The position numbers and the translations under genes are program-made. A stretch of DNA of 32,000 nt, from NCBI GenBank assembly GCA_008080745.1, contig SHMX01000001.1:570001-602000 (forward strand), read 5' to 3'. Source of the DNA: Candidatus Thorarchaeota archaeon (GTDB lineage: Archaea; Asgardarchaeota; Thorarchaeia; Thorarchaeales; Thorarchaeaceae). The notes beneath the pieces were generated by a model. It was given only the letters and a program-made list of their open reading frames with translations. It made no database searches and had not been told where the DNA came from. This document shows positions 10,101 through 18,267 of the stretch, piece by piece (positions within the stretch are counted from its first letter, which is position 1; each line of letters opens with the position of its first letter).

Positions 10101-11552
10101 GGCTAGCCTGTTTTCTGATGACCAATTTGTTTCATACCAGTATGGAGAATCCAAACCAGCTTCATCTTCGTCCACAACAAGCAGCTTATAATCCGCATTG
10201 GTAATACGAGGACAATCCATATCTAGAGTGTAGTTAAAGTCGAGAAAGATATTGATTCCTGATTTACTGACTGAAGAGGTTGTAATGTCAAATTTGACAT
10301 AATGAGGGTTATGCGTGACTTGGAATGAATCATTACTCTCATTGTACAAAAAACGGAAATATTCTGTTGATCTACCATCATCATACACACTCAGTTCAAC
10401 ATAATCCAAATTAGAATAGCCATCAGGATCACTTACGTTCAATGATGTAACCACATAGTTATACTCTGAAAGAATTGTATCACTATCTACAAGACCCTCA
10501 GTGATAGGGGTTCCATTGGTCTGTGGGTCCGAGTTTGTCAATCGAAGGTACATGCGGTCTATTGCCCAGGTTGATGAAATTGCATCGTTAGACCTCGATT
10601 CATCACGAATCATAACATAACAATCAGGACCTGTAAGCCAATCATGAATATTCACCACAAAATCGGTATTTCCTGCTATATTGTCCACAATAAGATGATC
10701 AGGGCTTGTATCACCAGACTCGAACCAGAACTCCAATGTTTCTGAGGAACTCACCGAGTTAAAGTCTACAACAAGTTCTTCTGTTGCATAAGAGTCAAAA
10801 TCAATACCTGAAAAATTATAGATTGCCTCAAAACGGTAGCGGGTATATGTATCACGCTGCTCAATTTTCCAATTGTCAGCATCAAAGGACATACTATCAG
10901 CATCATTCCAATAATAGATTTGAACGTGAAAATCCGTTCTTTTATATTGAGCATCTGTTGATGTGACCGTGCGAGCAGACTTTGAACCCTCCGTTAACGT
11001 TGTCATTACATCATAATTAGACCCATCCCAAAATTGGATATAGACATACGAGTTTATATCCCATGAACCACCAAAGTCAATGCTGAACCGTATCTCTTCA
11101 GAACCAGAGGTATCTACTTGGGTACAGCGTAAATACCCAGTCATGAACCCACTAACGTCTTCATGGAACTCAGAGTCATAATAATCAATATGATCATCAG
11201 TCCATCCAGTAGGTTTCGAGCTAAATGTTGTCTGTTCCAAAAGAGTGCTCCACTGCGATGCAGTGTAGGATGCCTCAGCTAGGCTGGTTCTTGAGTCAAC
11301 CGTTTCGTTATTGTCTAATGCCATTCCATTTGGGGGACCATTAGTATGAGTACCATAAACCTCATCATAGATACCATCCACATAATAATCACCAGCAGAA
11401 GACAGAACGGGTACGACTTCTGTTTCTAACGTGTTTGGTGTTGGGGTAATTTGCATATCCGTATTGGAACTTGTAAATATTGGAATTATCAGTAATATAA
11501 CATAAGTCACTAACAGGATACTAAAACTTCTTTCAGCGTGCATCAAAGCCAA
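7185..11552 (-). CDS. Large membrane-anchored cell-surface glycoprotein with tandem Ig/cadherin/HYR-like repeats
   Basis: Signal peptide, beta-rich D/S/T/Y-rich ectodomain with many N-x-S/T sequons, 7 repeats, one C-terminal TM (WLLFLGIAGFGMGIVAVLAAL) and an acidic tail. Alternative ATG start at 11543. Confidence 0.88.
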   Translation of the reverse strand: MALMHAERSFSILLVTYVILLIIPIFTSSNTDMQITPTPNTLETEVVPVLSSAGDYYVDGIYDEVYGTHTNGPPNGMALDNNETVDSRTSLAEASYTASQWSTLLEQTTFSSKPTGWTDDHIDYYDSEFHEDVSGFMTGYLRCTQVDTSGSEEIRFSIDFGGSWDINSYVYIQFWDGSNYDVMTTLTEGSKSARTVTSTDAQYKRTDFHVQIYYWNDADSMSFDADNWKIEQRDTYTRYRFEAIYNFSGIDFDSYATEELVVDFNSVSSSETLEFWFESGDTSPDHLIVDNIAGNTDFVVNIHDWLTGPDCYVMIRDESRSNDAISSTWAIDRMYLRLTNSDPQTNGTPITEGLVDSDTILSEYNYVVTSLNVSDPDGYSNLDYVELSVYDDGRSTEYFRFLYNESNDSFQVTHNPHYVKFDITTSSVSKSGINIFLDFNYTLDMDCPRITNADYKLLVVDEDEAGLDSPYWYETNWSSENRLALSGNWGLFDGVGTFDRGSIDGTIIANGTLHYYGFENYHPLTEITTIIVECANVSTSPWTVLQYDDSTGFFSVDVVADDEVGIDTYSFEARVEGVNRLISTSTKTYISDRINCTSLSTPAFIIDSSHTGIMHVRLRYEYDNSNVVDGSYLLNDLSLEKQIDDLWRASHTPNELKNITYNIISQITPDAHGISEINMNEFSLTMYWEELNCYISPPTEQVILPGANASGIVIRAEYYFWEYHGFQVYSGTIHINDTTFILNDEGRLGYNVSSADGDDTWNVFTIFSSNSTFCVWAYPEPAPSWDQDPSTQIFEYLDSFQYQLNATVPSGVFLWWLDNDTYFQVNNTGFLTNSTTIPISTYNLRIFVNDSYGRTINTTFQVIIQDTTAPHWISPLGNLDYEYATDFLYGFNCSDPSGLDKWILNDTSYFDITNSGVIFNNTVVDVGVYWLEVTVNDTYDNDISFSFSISVSDTLPPEWIESPSEQPGEYGYHFYYDLNATDPSGIHTWTVNDTANFFITSTGEIQNKTWLDTGLYWILVTVNDTHNNNLSEVFLIHVYDTTAPEWIQEPQNQDIELGEALSYALLAEVLQEIDMWWVNDSKFVVTEDGSLQNNTPLSVGRYWIIVFLNDTWGRELNATIWVSVTDNTVPSWIQAPSEFESEFGSHLILQFSAFDLSTPLEWSVNDSYFHIDGTGKLTNQSKIPVGLYNLEIRVDDSEGNWNTTELHVLVEDTISPSWVEVPQDQVIELGTSFLMNLKAIDLSPLSSWSIEGSSLFDIDGSGVLSNNVVLPVGDYILTVMVSDIHGNQLSTTFSISVMDRTGPEWVEIPENQFIFADESLSYQLYVTDLSPIKLWMVNDSDHFAISDTGLLTTKGNLLPDTYIINITIYDQYDNHLSTVISITVREVPGLIPPWLLFLGIAGFGMGIVAVLAALHTKGLLKRFNPLSTNKGEDLETALDYLDMVQSEMEGHEDST
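7398..9215 (-). repeat. Seven tandem ~86-87-aa protein repeats
   Basis: Units begin EPAPSW, DTTAPHW, DTLPPEW, DTTAPEW, DNTVPSW, DTISPSW, DRTGPEW. Consensus D..xPxW..xP..Q..ExG..F.Y...A.D.S....W..ND...F.I...G.L.N...L.VG.Y.L.V.V.D..GN.L...F.I.V. 1818 nt = 606 aa. Confidence 0.92.
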
Positions 11553-11592
11553 GCGTCCTTCTGAGATTTATCTCTAGAGATTGGTCCTAATA

Positions 11593-11608
11593 TTTCGAAA
11601 TTTCGAAA
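11593..11608. promoter_or_regulatory. Candidate operator: perfect 16-bp palindrome in divergent promoter region
   Basis: TTTCGAAATTTCGAAA, two tandem copies of the palindrome TTTCGAAA, between the surface-protein and M23 gene starts. Confidence 0.4.
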
Positions 11609-11717
11609 CACATAGCGAACTTATAGGGACCATTCTTAAAGTTTGTCAATGAAAAAGTATATCCTTGGACAGAAAGAAGGTTTATCATGCAGTTTTATTA
11701 TTCCTCAAATGGTCTGT

Positions 11718-12443
11718 ATGAATAGCAAGAAAAAGGCACTATTGGTGCTACCACTGATTGTTATTGTTTCGATTATAGGGTATAGCTATTACAATATGAG
11801 TACTAGTAATTCGAGTCCACCAACACTTGAATTTCCAATAGCAGAACCTGAAAAGATAGAACGACTAAGTGCATATCACACACCAGACTGGGGAGAACCA
11901 GGAGTCTATCACAATGGGATAGATCTGATTACTACAGATAATGTAACCATCATATCACCAACAACTGGAACAGTGGTTGGGAAGACTGAACATCTCAATA
12001 CGTATGGAGGGAACATGCTGTTCACCATCTCTATCGAGTATAATTGGGCATGGCATGTTGACTTGGTGTTAGAGCCAGATTTCTACGATGATGCAAATAA
12101 CTCACTTCAGACCAGTATGATTGAGGTTGAGGTCGGGCAAACAGTAGAAACAGGTGATGAGATAGGAATCTTGCTTTACAATGGTCCATCATATTATTCA
12201 CATCTTCATTATATGTTGAGAGTTCAAGGTGCAGATGTATGTGCGTACAACTATTCTTCATCTGCTGCACAGACCATCTTTGAAAATATTGCAGAGGACT
12301 CGGACACCAGAATTCTGTATCCCTACGAAGAACCGGAGATTGCCACCGAACAGAATATTCTTGCAAATCCAATGATTATCATTCCAAGTTTCGCAGGAGG
12401 AGTGTATGCAATTATCATCCTTGTGGTGATTCGTCGAAAATAA
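11718..12443 (+). CDS. M23/LytM-family metallopeptidase-like protein with N- and C-terminal membrane segments
   Basis: HxxxD (YHNGIDL) followed by TIISPTTGTVV, and HxH (SHLHY). ATG 11718 (MNSKKKALLVLPLIVIV) is preferred over the track start at 11643. C-terminal TM ends in RRK. Confidence 0.8.
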   Translation: MNSKKKALLVLPLIVIVSIIGYSYYNMSTSNSSPPTLEFPIAEPEKIERLSAYHTPDWGEPGVYHNGIDLITTDNVTIISPTTGTVVGKTEHLNTYGGNMLFTISIEYNWAWHVDLVLEPDFYDDANNSLQTSMIEVEVGQTVETGDEIGILLYNGPSYYSHLHYMLRVQGADVCAYNYSSSAAQTIFENIAEDSDTRILYPYEEPEIATEQNILANPMIIIPSFAGGVYAIIILVVIRRK

Positions 12444-12448
12444 CCACT

Positions 12449-12982
12449 CTATCGATTCGATACACTTCTTTGGAGACTGCCACCGGGACAGATATCTCGG
12501 ATTGCACATGAGGGGCAGACCGAGAGACCAAATATCACGTAATGTCCGAGTTGGAATATGAAATAGAGTAAAGCAAACTCAAGACTGAACTGATATATCC
12601 AGTAGAGTGGAAAAAGAACAGTAGCAAACCAGCTGAAAACTCCCAGATTCTTATGAAGTTTGAATTTCTTTTCAGAAACCTCAGCATTCTTCTTTCTAAG
12701 ATGGCTAGCAAGGATATTACCAAGATATATTCCTGAGATAGCTGGACAAAATGCCCCTACATAGGGACATCTCTGATAATAGCAGCAGTAGGCTTGGAAA
12801 TAGTTCGTAGCAAGATAGAAACCAATCACAATCAGAGCAAGAAATGGGCTAACTGCCCAGAGATAGAGAATGACCCAGCCCAAGACTACAAGAAAGACCG
12901 CAGTAAGAGCATAGTATCTTCTACGTTTTGCGTATGGCACACAGGTCATATCAGGTTCATTCTCTGTCATAATTGGCACCAA
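12449..12982 (-). CDS. Four-TM membrane protein with two Cys clusters
   Basis: CCYYQRCPYVGAFCP and CPSCAIRDICP flank hydrophobic helices. Start may be ATG 12970. Confidence 0.75.
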   Translation of the reverse strand: MVPIMTENEPDMTCVPYAKRRRYYALTAVFLVVLGWVILYLWAVSPFLALIVIGFYLATNYFQAYCCYYQRCPYVGAFCPAISGIYLGNILASHLRKKNAEVSEKKFKLHKNLGVFSWFATVLFPLYWIYQFSLEFALLYFIFQLGHYVIFGLSVCPSCAIRDICPGGSLQRSVSNR

Positions 12983-13078
12983 GTTGATTTCTAGAGATAT
13001 AGAACGAATATTTTGGTGTTTGATTATAACTTATTGGAAATTCCCAGGTCCATAGAGAATTATGTAAGCGAAAGGAAT

Positions 13079-13098
13079 GGGAGGGATGAAGCCCTCCC
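13079..13098. terminator. GC-rich hairpin (possible terminator on - strand)
   Basis: GGGAGGG-atgaag-CCCTCCC perfect 7-bp stem; on the - strand it is followed by attcctttc. Confidence 0.45.
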
Positions 13099-13149
13099 CA
13101 GTAATATGAAGCGGTTAATACAATTCCGTTACATTATGGAGTTTTATTT

Positions 13150-13224
13150 CTACTTGGAGCTGTTTCTGTTTGAAAAACGCTTTAGTTCATCATTATTGGA
13201 TACATGCTTGTTCTCTTTTCGCAT
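13150..13224 (-). CDS. Candidate 24-aa small ORF
   Basis: Canonical archaeal RBS GAGGTGA (13229-13235) precedes ATG; translates as MRKENKHVSNNDELKRFSNRNSSK*; hairpin lies ~50 nt downstream. Confidence 0.3.
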   Translation of the reverse strand: MRKENKHVSNNDELKRFSNRNSSK

Positions 13225-13508
13225 TTTATCACCTCTTCTTACCAAGATGCACACCTGTACCATATACATCCAAAATCAGGGATGCGATGCCAGGTTATTT
13301 CATTTAGCTGTTCCACTAGTAATGGAAAAAATGAATATGAATTTATCCAAAGAGACCAAGTCCTTTTGTTTGCTCTTGAAATTTACACTTGCGAAGATAC
13401 GATCCACTCAATATCAATCATATTTCTTTTAGGTCTAGTAGTTATGTACTATTATCCAGTAAAATCGGGCCCGGGGACGTTAAATCTTCATCTGCGTTCT
13501 GTACTTGA

Positions 13509-13869
13509 AAAGAAATCTTCAGAAGATGTGGGAGCGATTTAGAAGAAGAAGGAATTGATAAAGACAAGATTGAGAAAGTGCTGCAAAAAATGGAACAACT
13601 CGTAGAAGCAAGAGCATTCGGGGGATACCTTGAATTTCTTATTGCGCCCACAGTTCCGAGTATTTCAAGCAATGACCGAGGCGGTTATTGAGGATACAAA
13701 TGATCCTTCGAAGGTCCCGTTAACAGCAGGATGGAGAAATAAGAATCAACCCAGAGTAGTAAGTGAAGTTTCAAGAAAGCGAATATACGGAAGAGGAGGG
13801 ATAACTGCATGGTTTGTTAAATTGGATCTTGCTATTATTCGTGAATCGCCTAGCAGATGGGGAAGATAG
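13509..13869 (+). pseudogene. Possible frameshifted gene remnant of unknown family
   Basis: Start-less, protein-like frame KEIFRRCGSDLEEEGIDKDKIEKVLQKMEQLVEARAFGGYLEFLIAPTVPSISS continues plausibly in the next frame as MTEAVIEDTNDPSKVPLTAGW. Confidence 0.3.
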
Positions 13870-13968
13870 CAACTTCAGTATAGACTGAATACAGATATCC
13901 AGGTAGTAAAAGACTACATTAACACAATTTGGAAAATCAAATCATAGTAATGAGTAAAATTGCTTATT

Positions 13969-14646
13969 TTACCAATCAGCAAAATTCAACCGTTTTCTAA
14001 CTCCATTCAATAGTGAAACGAAATCTGGATTTACTGAATCAATCAACTTCAACACTTCGAAAATCTCTGAAATATCAAGGCCTTGTTTAGTAATTGCTGC
14101 CTCATGTTCAATTAGCCAATTACCCAAAGTTTCCTCTTGTTTCCTTTTGAGTGCATGATACTCCTTTGGAACATGTTTTTGCTTATCTAAGTTCGGAGAT
14201 ACGCCGATTGCTTCCATCAGATCAAATAATTGAGAGAACCGTCTCTGTAGAGTATCGAGTCGTTCTATAGGGTCTCGAACAAAGATGTATTGGGCACGTC
14301 TACCATAGTATGTAATATAATGACGTTTCTGGAGAATTTGCGCAACAGGGATAATTAGACCAGCTTCTTCCAAGACCTCAAGATGGAAGTACATATTGGT
14401 CTGACTAAGTTCGATAGAATGATGGGTTTCAAGCATCTGCCTTAGCTCACTGGCATTCATAGCATGACGTTTTGCACCTTCTATTTCATCTTCAATACCT
14501 TGTTTTAGAATCCCAAGTATTGCTGCTCTTGCGGGATGTGAACTCAGGGTGTCTTTAGAAACATCAAGGAACTTGGATTTCGGTATCTCATCCCAGTACT
14601 CAAACAGAACTCTGCGTTCAGATCCTCGATAAACTTCTTTCTCCAA
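13969..14646 (-). CDS. Winged-helix (ArsR-like) transcriptional regulator
   Basis: LSSHPARAAILGIL...AMNASELRQML...LSQTNMYFHLEVLEEAGLI...YYGRRA. TTG start at 14646 with AGGAG RBS is preferred over 14742. Divergent from the aldo/keto reductase. Confidence 0.8.
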   Translation of the reverse strand: MEKEVYRGSERRVLFEYWDEIPKSKFLDVSKDTLSSHPARAAILGILKQGIEDEIEGAKRHAMNASELRQMLETHHSIELSQTNMYFHLEVLEEAGLIIPVAQILQKRHYITYYGRRAQYIFVRDPIERLDTLQRRFSQLFDLMEAIGVSPNLDKQKHVPKEYHALKRKQEETLGNWLIEHEAAITKQGLDISEIFEVLKLIDSVNPDFVSLLNGVRKRLNFADW

Positions 14647-14759
14647 GTGAATACACTCCTTTTCTACACAGTATCCAAGTACACAAGACATATATACATT
14701 TACCATTCTAATTATAATTGAACGGTACAGTTCAAAATGCATTTGAATGGTGAAATAGA

Positions 14760-15737
14760 ATGAAGAAACGGAAACTCGGGAAAAGCGGAATCAAAGTTAG
14801 TCCAATGGGACTCGGTGGCTGGGCAATTGGTGGACCTTTCCTCCACCCAAAAAATGGAGTTTTGGCTTATGGGAAGGTTGATGATAAGGAATCGATTGAG
14901 GCGATAAGAAAAGCGGTAGATATGGGAATCACATTATTTGATACTGCAAATATCTATGGAGGGGGAAGAAGTGAACGTGTATTAGGAGAAGCACTTGAGG
15001 GACATCGAAACGATATGGTAATAGCAACAAAATTTGCTACAACATGGGACATGAATTCAGGTAATCCAGACATTCCTTGTCAGATTACAGGTACTGATGT
15101 AACACCTGAAGGAATCAAGAAAGCTTGTGAAGGTAGTCTCAAACGGCTTAGAACTGACTACATAGATGTATACCAACTACATGATGGTGGACTCGATTTT
15201 GAGATAGCAGAGAATGTGCTTGATACTTTGGATGAATTAGTCCAAGAGGGAAAAATTAGATACTATGGATGGAGCACAGATGATCCAGAGAGAGCAGAGA
15301 TTTTTGCTAAGAAAAAATATTGTGCTACTGTTCAATTTCGTCACAATATCTTCTCGCACAACGAGATTATGATCTCTAATGTGATTGAGAAATATGGAAT
15401 TGCTGGACTTGTCAAAGGGCCTCTTGGATATGGAATCCTCACTGGAAAATACAAAGCTGATTCACAACTGCCAGAAGACCATATGTGGCATGGAACCGAA
15501 TTCGATAAAGGTAAGGCTGCAGAAACTCTGGAAAAGTTAGAAAGAATAAGAGAGATATTACAAGAAGATGGCAGAACTCTTCCCCAAGCCGCTCTAGCTT
15601 GGATTTGGGCACAGCATGATTTGCTCATACCTATTCCGGGATTTAAAAACGTCAGACAGGTGGAAGAGAATGTCAGTGCAATGGAATTTGGACCACTGAA
15701 GAAAGAGCAGCTTAGATCAATTGATAGTTTGCTTTGA
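14760..15737 (+). CDS. Aldo/keto reductase
   Basis: RKLGKSGIKVSPMGLGGW, FDTANIYGGGRSE, IATKF, SLKRLRTDYIDVYQLH, IPIPG...QVEEN; catalytic D/Y/K/H all present. Confidence 0.95.
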   Translation: MKKRKLGKSGIKVSPMGLGGWAIGGPFLHPKNGVLAYGKVDDKESIEAIRKAVDMGITLFDTANIYGGGRSERVLGEALEGHRNDMVIATKFATTWDMNSGNPDIPCQITGTDVTPEGIKKACEGSLKRLRTDYIDVYQLHDGGLDFEIAENVLDTLDELVQEGKIRYYGWSTDDPERAEIFAKKKYCATVQFRHNIFSHNEIMISNVIEKYGIAGLVKGPLGYGILTGKYKADSQLPEDHMWHGTEFDKGKAAETLEKLERIREILQEDGRTLPQAALAWIWAQHDLLIPIPGFKNVRQVEENVSAMEFGPLKKEQLRSIDSLL

Positions 15738-15808
15738 AATGACTATTGTTATGTAATCCGCGAATGATTATTATCAGTCTTTGATATCGTAAAGTAGAGG
15801 ATTACATT

Positions 15809-16141
15809 ATGAGTATTCAAGAAAAGTTTGAGGAAGAGATGCAGGATATCTGTGAGAAGTATTATGAACTGGACAAGGAACGAGACGCAATCGAAGAGCA
15901 GTTAGAACAATTAAAAGACTATATGGAGATTACTCTTCGGAAATATGATAAAGACGAATATGATGATCCAAAGACTCCAGTACGAGTAAAGAAAATCTCA
16001 TACACCACAGAACGCATGAAACGGGGTGGAAAGGATAGACTCAGAGAAATACTCACAGAAGAGGAATGGTCTGAGGTATATGGTGAGCCCAGAGAAGTTG
16101 AGTCTGTCAGAGTGTCAACTCGTAGGGATTGGGACGAATAG
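15809..16141 (+). CDS. Small highly charged hypothetical protein (N-terminal coiled coil + short beta segment)
   Basis: E/K/D-rich 110 aa; GAGGA RBS; heptads ICEKYYELDKERDAIEEQLEQLKDYM. Confidence 0.75.
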   Translation: MSIQEKFEEEMQDICEKYYELDKERDAIEEQLEQLKDYMEITLRKYDKDEYDDPKTPVRVKKISYTTERMKRGGKDRLREILTEEEWSEVYGEPREVESVRVSTRRDWDE

Positions 16142-16239
16142 GATTTCTATTACAAGAAGAGTTGCTATTGAGAATAACTTAGCCCAACCAGAGTGAAATC
16201 CTATGAAAATGAATAGCACATAGGATGGTGGAATGAATC

Positions 16240-17031
16240 ATGTCCGATATCAAACTATTTCATTTTGGAGCATTTTGTCCTTATGGTCTACATATGATAG
16301 GAGAGGTAGATATTGCTGCTAAGAAGTTAGACTATTCATTTTCGGTTTATGATATTGGAAAAGAGCCAAGATACGCTAAAGAGTTTGAAATCTTTACACC
16401 TTACATGCTGCTCGTTAATGATGAACTCCGATATTGTAAACCAATGAGTCATACACAACTCATCAAAAAGATCAAGAATAAAGAATTGGACTCATGGCGT
16501 AGATATACTCAAAGAGACCCCATCAGAGAAGCATTTCGTATTGAGGATTTGAGATATAATGAAATCTATAGATCAGTTCCAATCTGCATGGAGGGAACAG
16601 TCGATGTGTATGATGCACAAAAAAGTAACTGGGCACTTCATCATCACAAATCAACGGGCATAATTCATTTTGGATATATTGCATGGAGTAAACAGTCGTA
16701 TTTTCCAGTTGGAGCAAATCAGATTCTACCGGCCAACCTCATTCCATTCCCAATACCAGAGCACAACAAAGAAATTGCATTCATAATTTGTCTGCATTCC
16801 AAACCAAAAATGGGAGATTATCGTAGGGACCTAATTCGTCATGCGATCAAAGACCTTCCATCGAGAGGATACACTTCATGTCAGGTTATTGCAGGAAAGA
16901 ATACTGCATATCCAAATGGCCCAGCTTACATTTTCGAAGAATATGACTTTGAAGAAAAAACGATTCTGCAAAAAGTAGAACTGAAAGACGGATATGAACC
17001 ATTGATTCTACTTGAGTATCAATTCACCTAG
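16240..17031 (+). CDS. Thioredoxin-like domain fused to a GNAT/YoaP-like acetyltransferase domain
   Basis: N-terminal FHFGAFCPY...TPYMLLVND. C-terminal FGYIAW...PVGANQILP...IAFIICLHS...RDLIRHAIKDLPSRGY...IFEEYDF shows GNAT topology. Confidence 0.6.
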   Translation: MSDIKLFHFGAFCPYGLHMIGEVDIAAKKLDYSFSVYDIGKEPRYAKEFEIFTPYMLLVNDELRYCKPMSHTQLIKKIKNKELDSWRRYTQRDPIREAFRIEDLRYNEIYRSVPICMEGTVDVYDAQKSNWALHHHKSTGIIHFGYIAWSKQSYFPVGANQILPANLIPFPIPEHNKEIAFIICLHSKPKMGDYRRDLIRHAIKDLPSRGYTSCQVIAGKNTAYPNGPAYIFEEYDFEEKTILQKVELKDGYEPLILLEYQFT

Positions 17032-17218
17032 TTATAGAATAATTTCTAATTATCAATAATCCAAGTCCGTTTATTGGAATAGAGAGTCCCAGAAAGAAAC
17101 CTGATAAGAAATTTACCAATGTAAATGGAGAGGCAATAATACTAAGGAAAAGCCCTAGAACTAATGCTATCATCCCTAATGGAAGTAATGCTTGTGTTTT
17201 TGTTTTCATTTGTTTCAC
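17024..17218 (-). CDS. Small two-TM membrane protein
   Basis: 64 aa, basic N-terminus and two hydrophobic helices; overlaps the convergent gene by 8 nt. Confidence 0.6.
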   Translation of the reverse strand: MKQMKTKTQALLPLGMIALVLGLFLSIIASPFTLVNFLSGFFLGLSIPINGLGLLIIRNYSITR

Positions 17219-17259
17219 TGCGATTATAGAGGAATATTAGTACTAAAAACAGAACAACG

Positions 17260-17275
17260 ATGCAATCTATTGCAT
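17260..17275. promoter_or_regulatory. Inverted repeat, candidate operator
   Basis: ATGCAAT-ct-ATTGCAT perfect 7-bp inverted repeat ~40 nt upstream of the 17218 start. Confidence 0.3.
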
Positions 17276-17342
17276 AGAAATATATCATATAGCATTAGCA
17301 ACAAGATGACTGACTTCTGATGTGGCAAAATTGCTTATTCAG

Positions 17343-18167
17343 TCAAGTTTCGACAATATTTTCTCCACGTACGAAAATCATTCCCTTTTGACCAACATCA
17401 CGGCCCTGGTCGTATTCATCAGCATATACACACGACACATCCCATCCAGTTTTTGCAAAAAAAGCTGGGATATCCATGATTTCGATACCCCATTCAAAAT
17501 GTCGAGTAAATGGTCCAAATTTCAATTCAGCAATGGGTGGTACACAGGTATCTGTAAATAGTTCGCTGTTGGGTGAACTAATTTCTGACATGGTTCTAAG
17601 TAACAAAATAGAGGCGGTTTTAGGGATATAATACAGAAGGCCTTCCAAAATCCATAATGAAGGAATATCTTCTGAAAACCCAGCATCCAACAACTGATGA
17701 ATCCAATCAGGTTTGGACATATCAGTGGGGATTCGCACAAGTCTGCATAATGGAGTCTGATCTTCTAGTATTCGTGTCTTATACTTAATTGTGACAGGAA
17801 GGTCCAATTCAAAAATTGTGTGTTTAGTATTCTTGAGTGGGGCAAATCGATATGCTCGAGTATCCAATCCAGCTCCAAGAAGTATAATCTGTGATTCTTT
17901 ATGAGTTGATAACCACGGTCTTAGTAGATATTCATCAATGTAATAGGTGCGTGCGATTGTATAACCATCTCGTGCCATTGAGTATCGATGTTCTTTAGCA
18001 TAATCAGAAATGTCTCCAACTAACAGCTCAGCATAAGGATCCTCAAATAATGACTCTTTTCTCTTTGTTTCAGCTGCTCGATGATATGCTGTTAGCTTTG
18101 CAGTAAATGGAACTGCATCATTCTTTTCATCAATTCCAGCATCGTTCTTACAGCACATAAGATTCAC
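17343..18167 (-). CDS. Class I SAM-dependent methyltransferase, leucine-carboxyl-methyltransferase (LCM)/ML2640-like
   Basis: FTAKLTAYHRAAE, FEDPYAELL, ARTYYID, QIILLGAGLDTRAYR, FELDLP, WILEGLLYY. Confidence 0.92.
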   Translation of the reverse strand: MNLMCCKNDAGIDEKNDAVPFTAKLTAYHRAAETKRKESLFEDPYAELLVGDISDYAKEHRYSMARDGYTIARTYYIDEYLLRPWLSTHKESQIILLGAGLDTRAYRFAPLKNTKHTIFELDLPVTIKYKTRILEDQTPLCRLVRIPTDMSKPDWIHQLLDAGFSEDIPSLWILEGLLYYIPKTASILLLRTMSEISSPNSELFTDTCVPPIAELKFGPFTRHFEWGIEIMDIPAFFAKTGWDVSCVYADEYDQGRDVGQKGMIFVRGENIVET

Positions 18168-18267
18168 ATCAAAGATAGGTTATGATGTTCACTGAAGAAA
18201 AAGGAAAATATCTTTTGGTACTATAATTTTATTTATCTTTTTATCAATTAATATATGAGGAGTTAAT

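Noticed and set aside
13013-13542. ORFs 13013..13432 and 13204..13542 (+)
   Set aside because: Composition is unlike real proteins here (F/L/C/M-rich without TM logic), there is no RBS, and they overlap each other.
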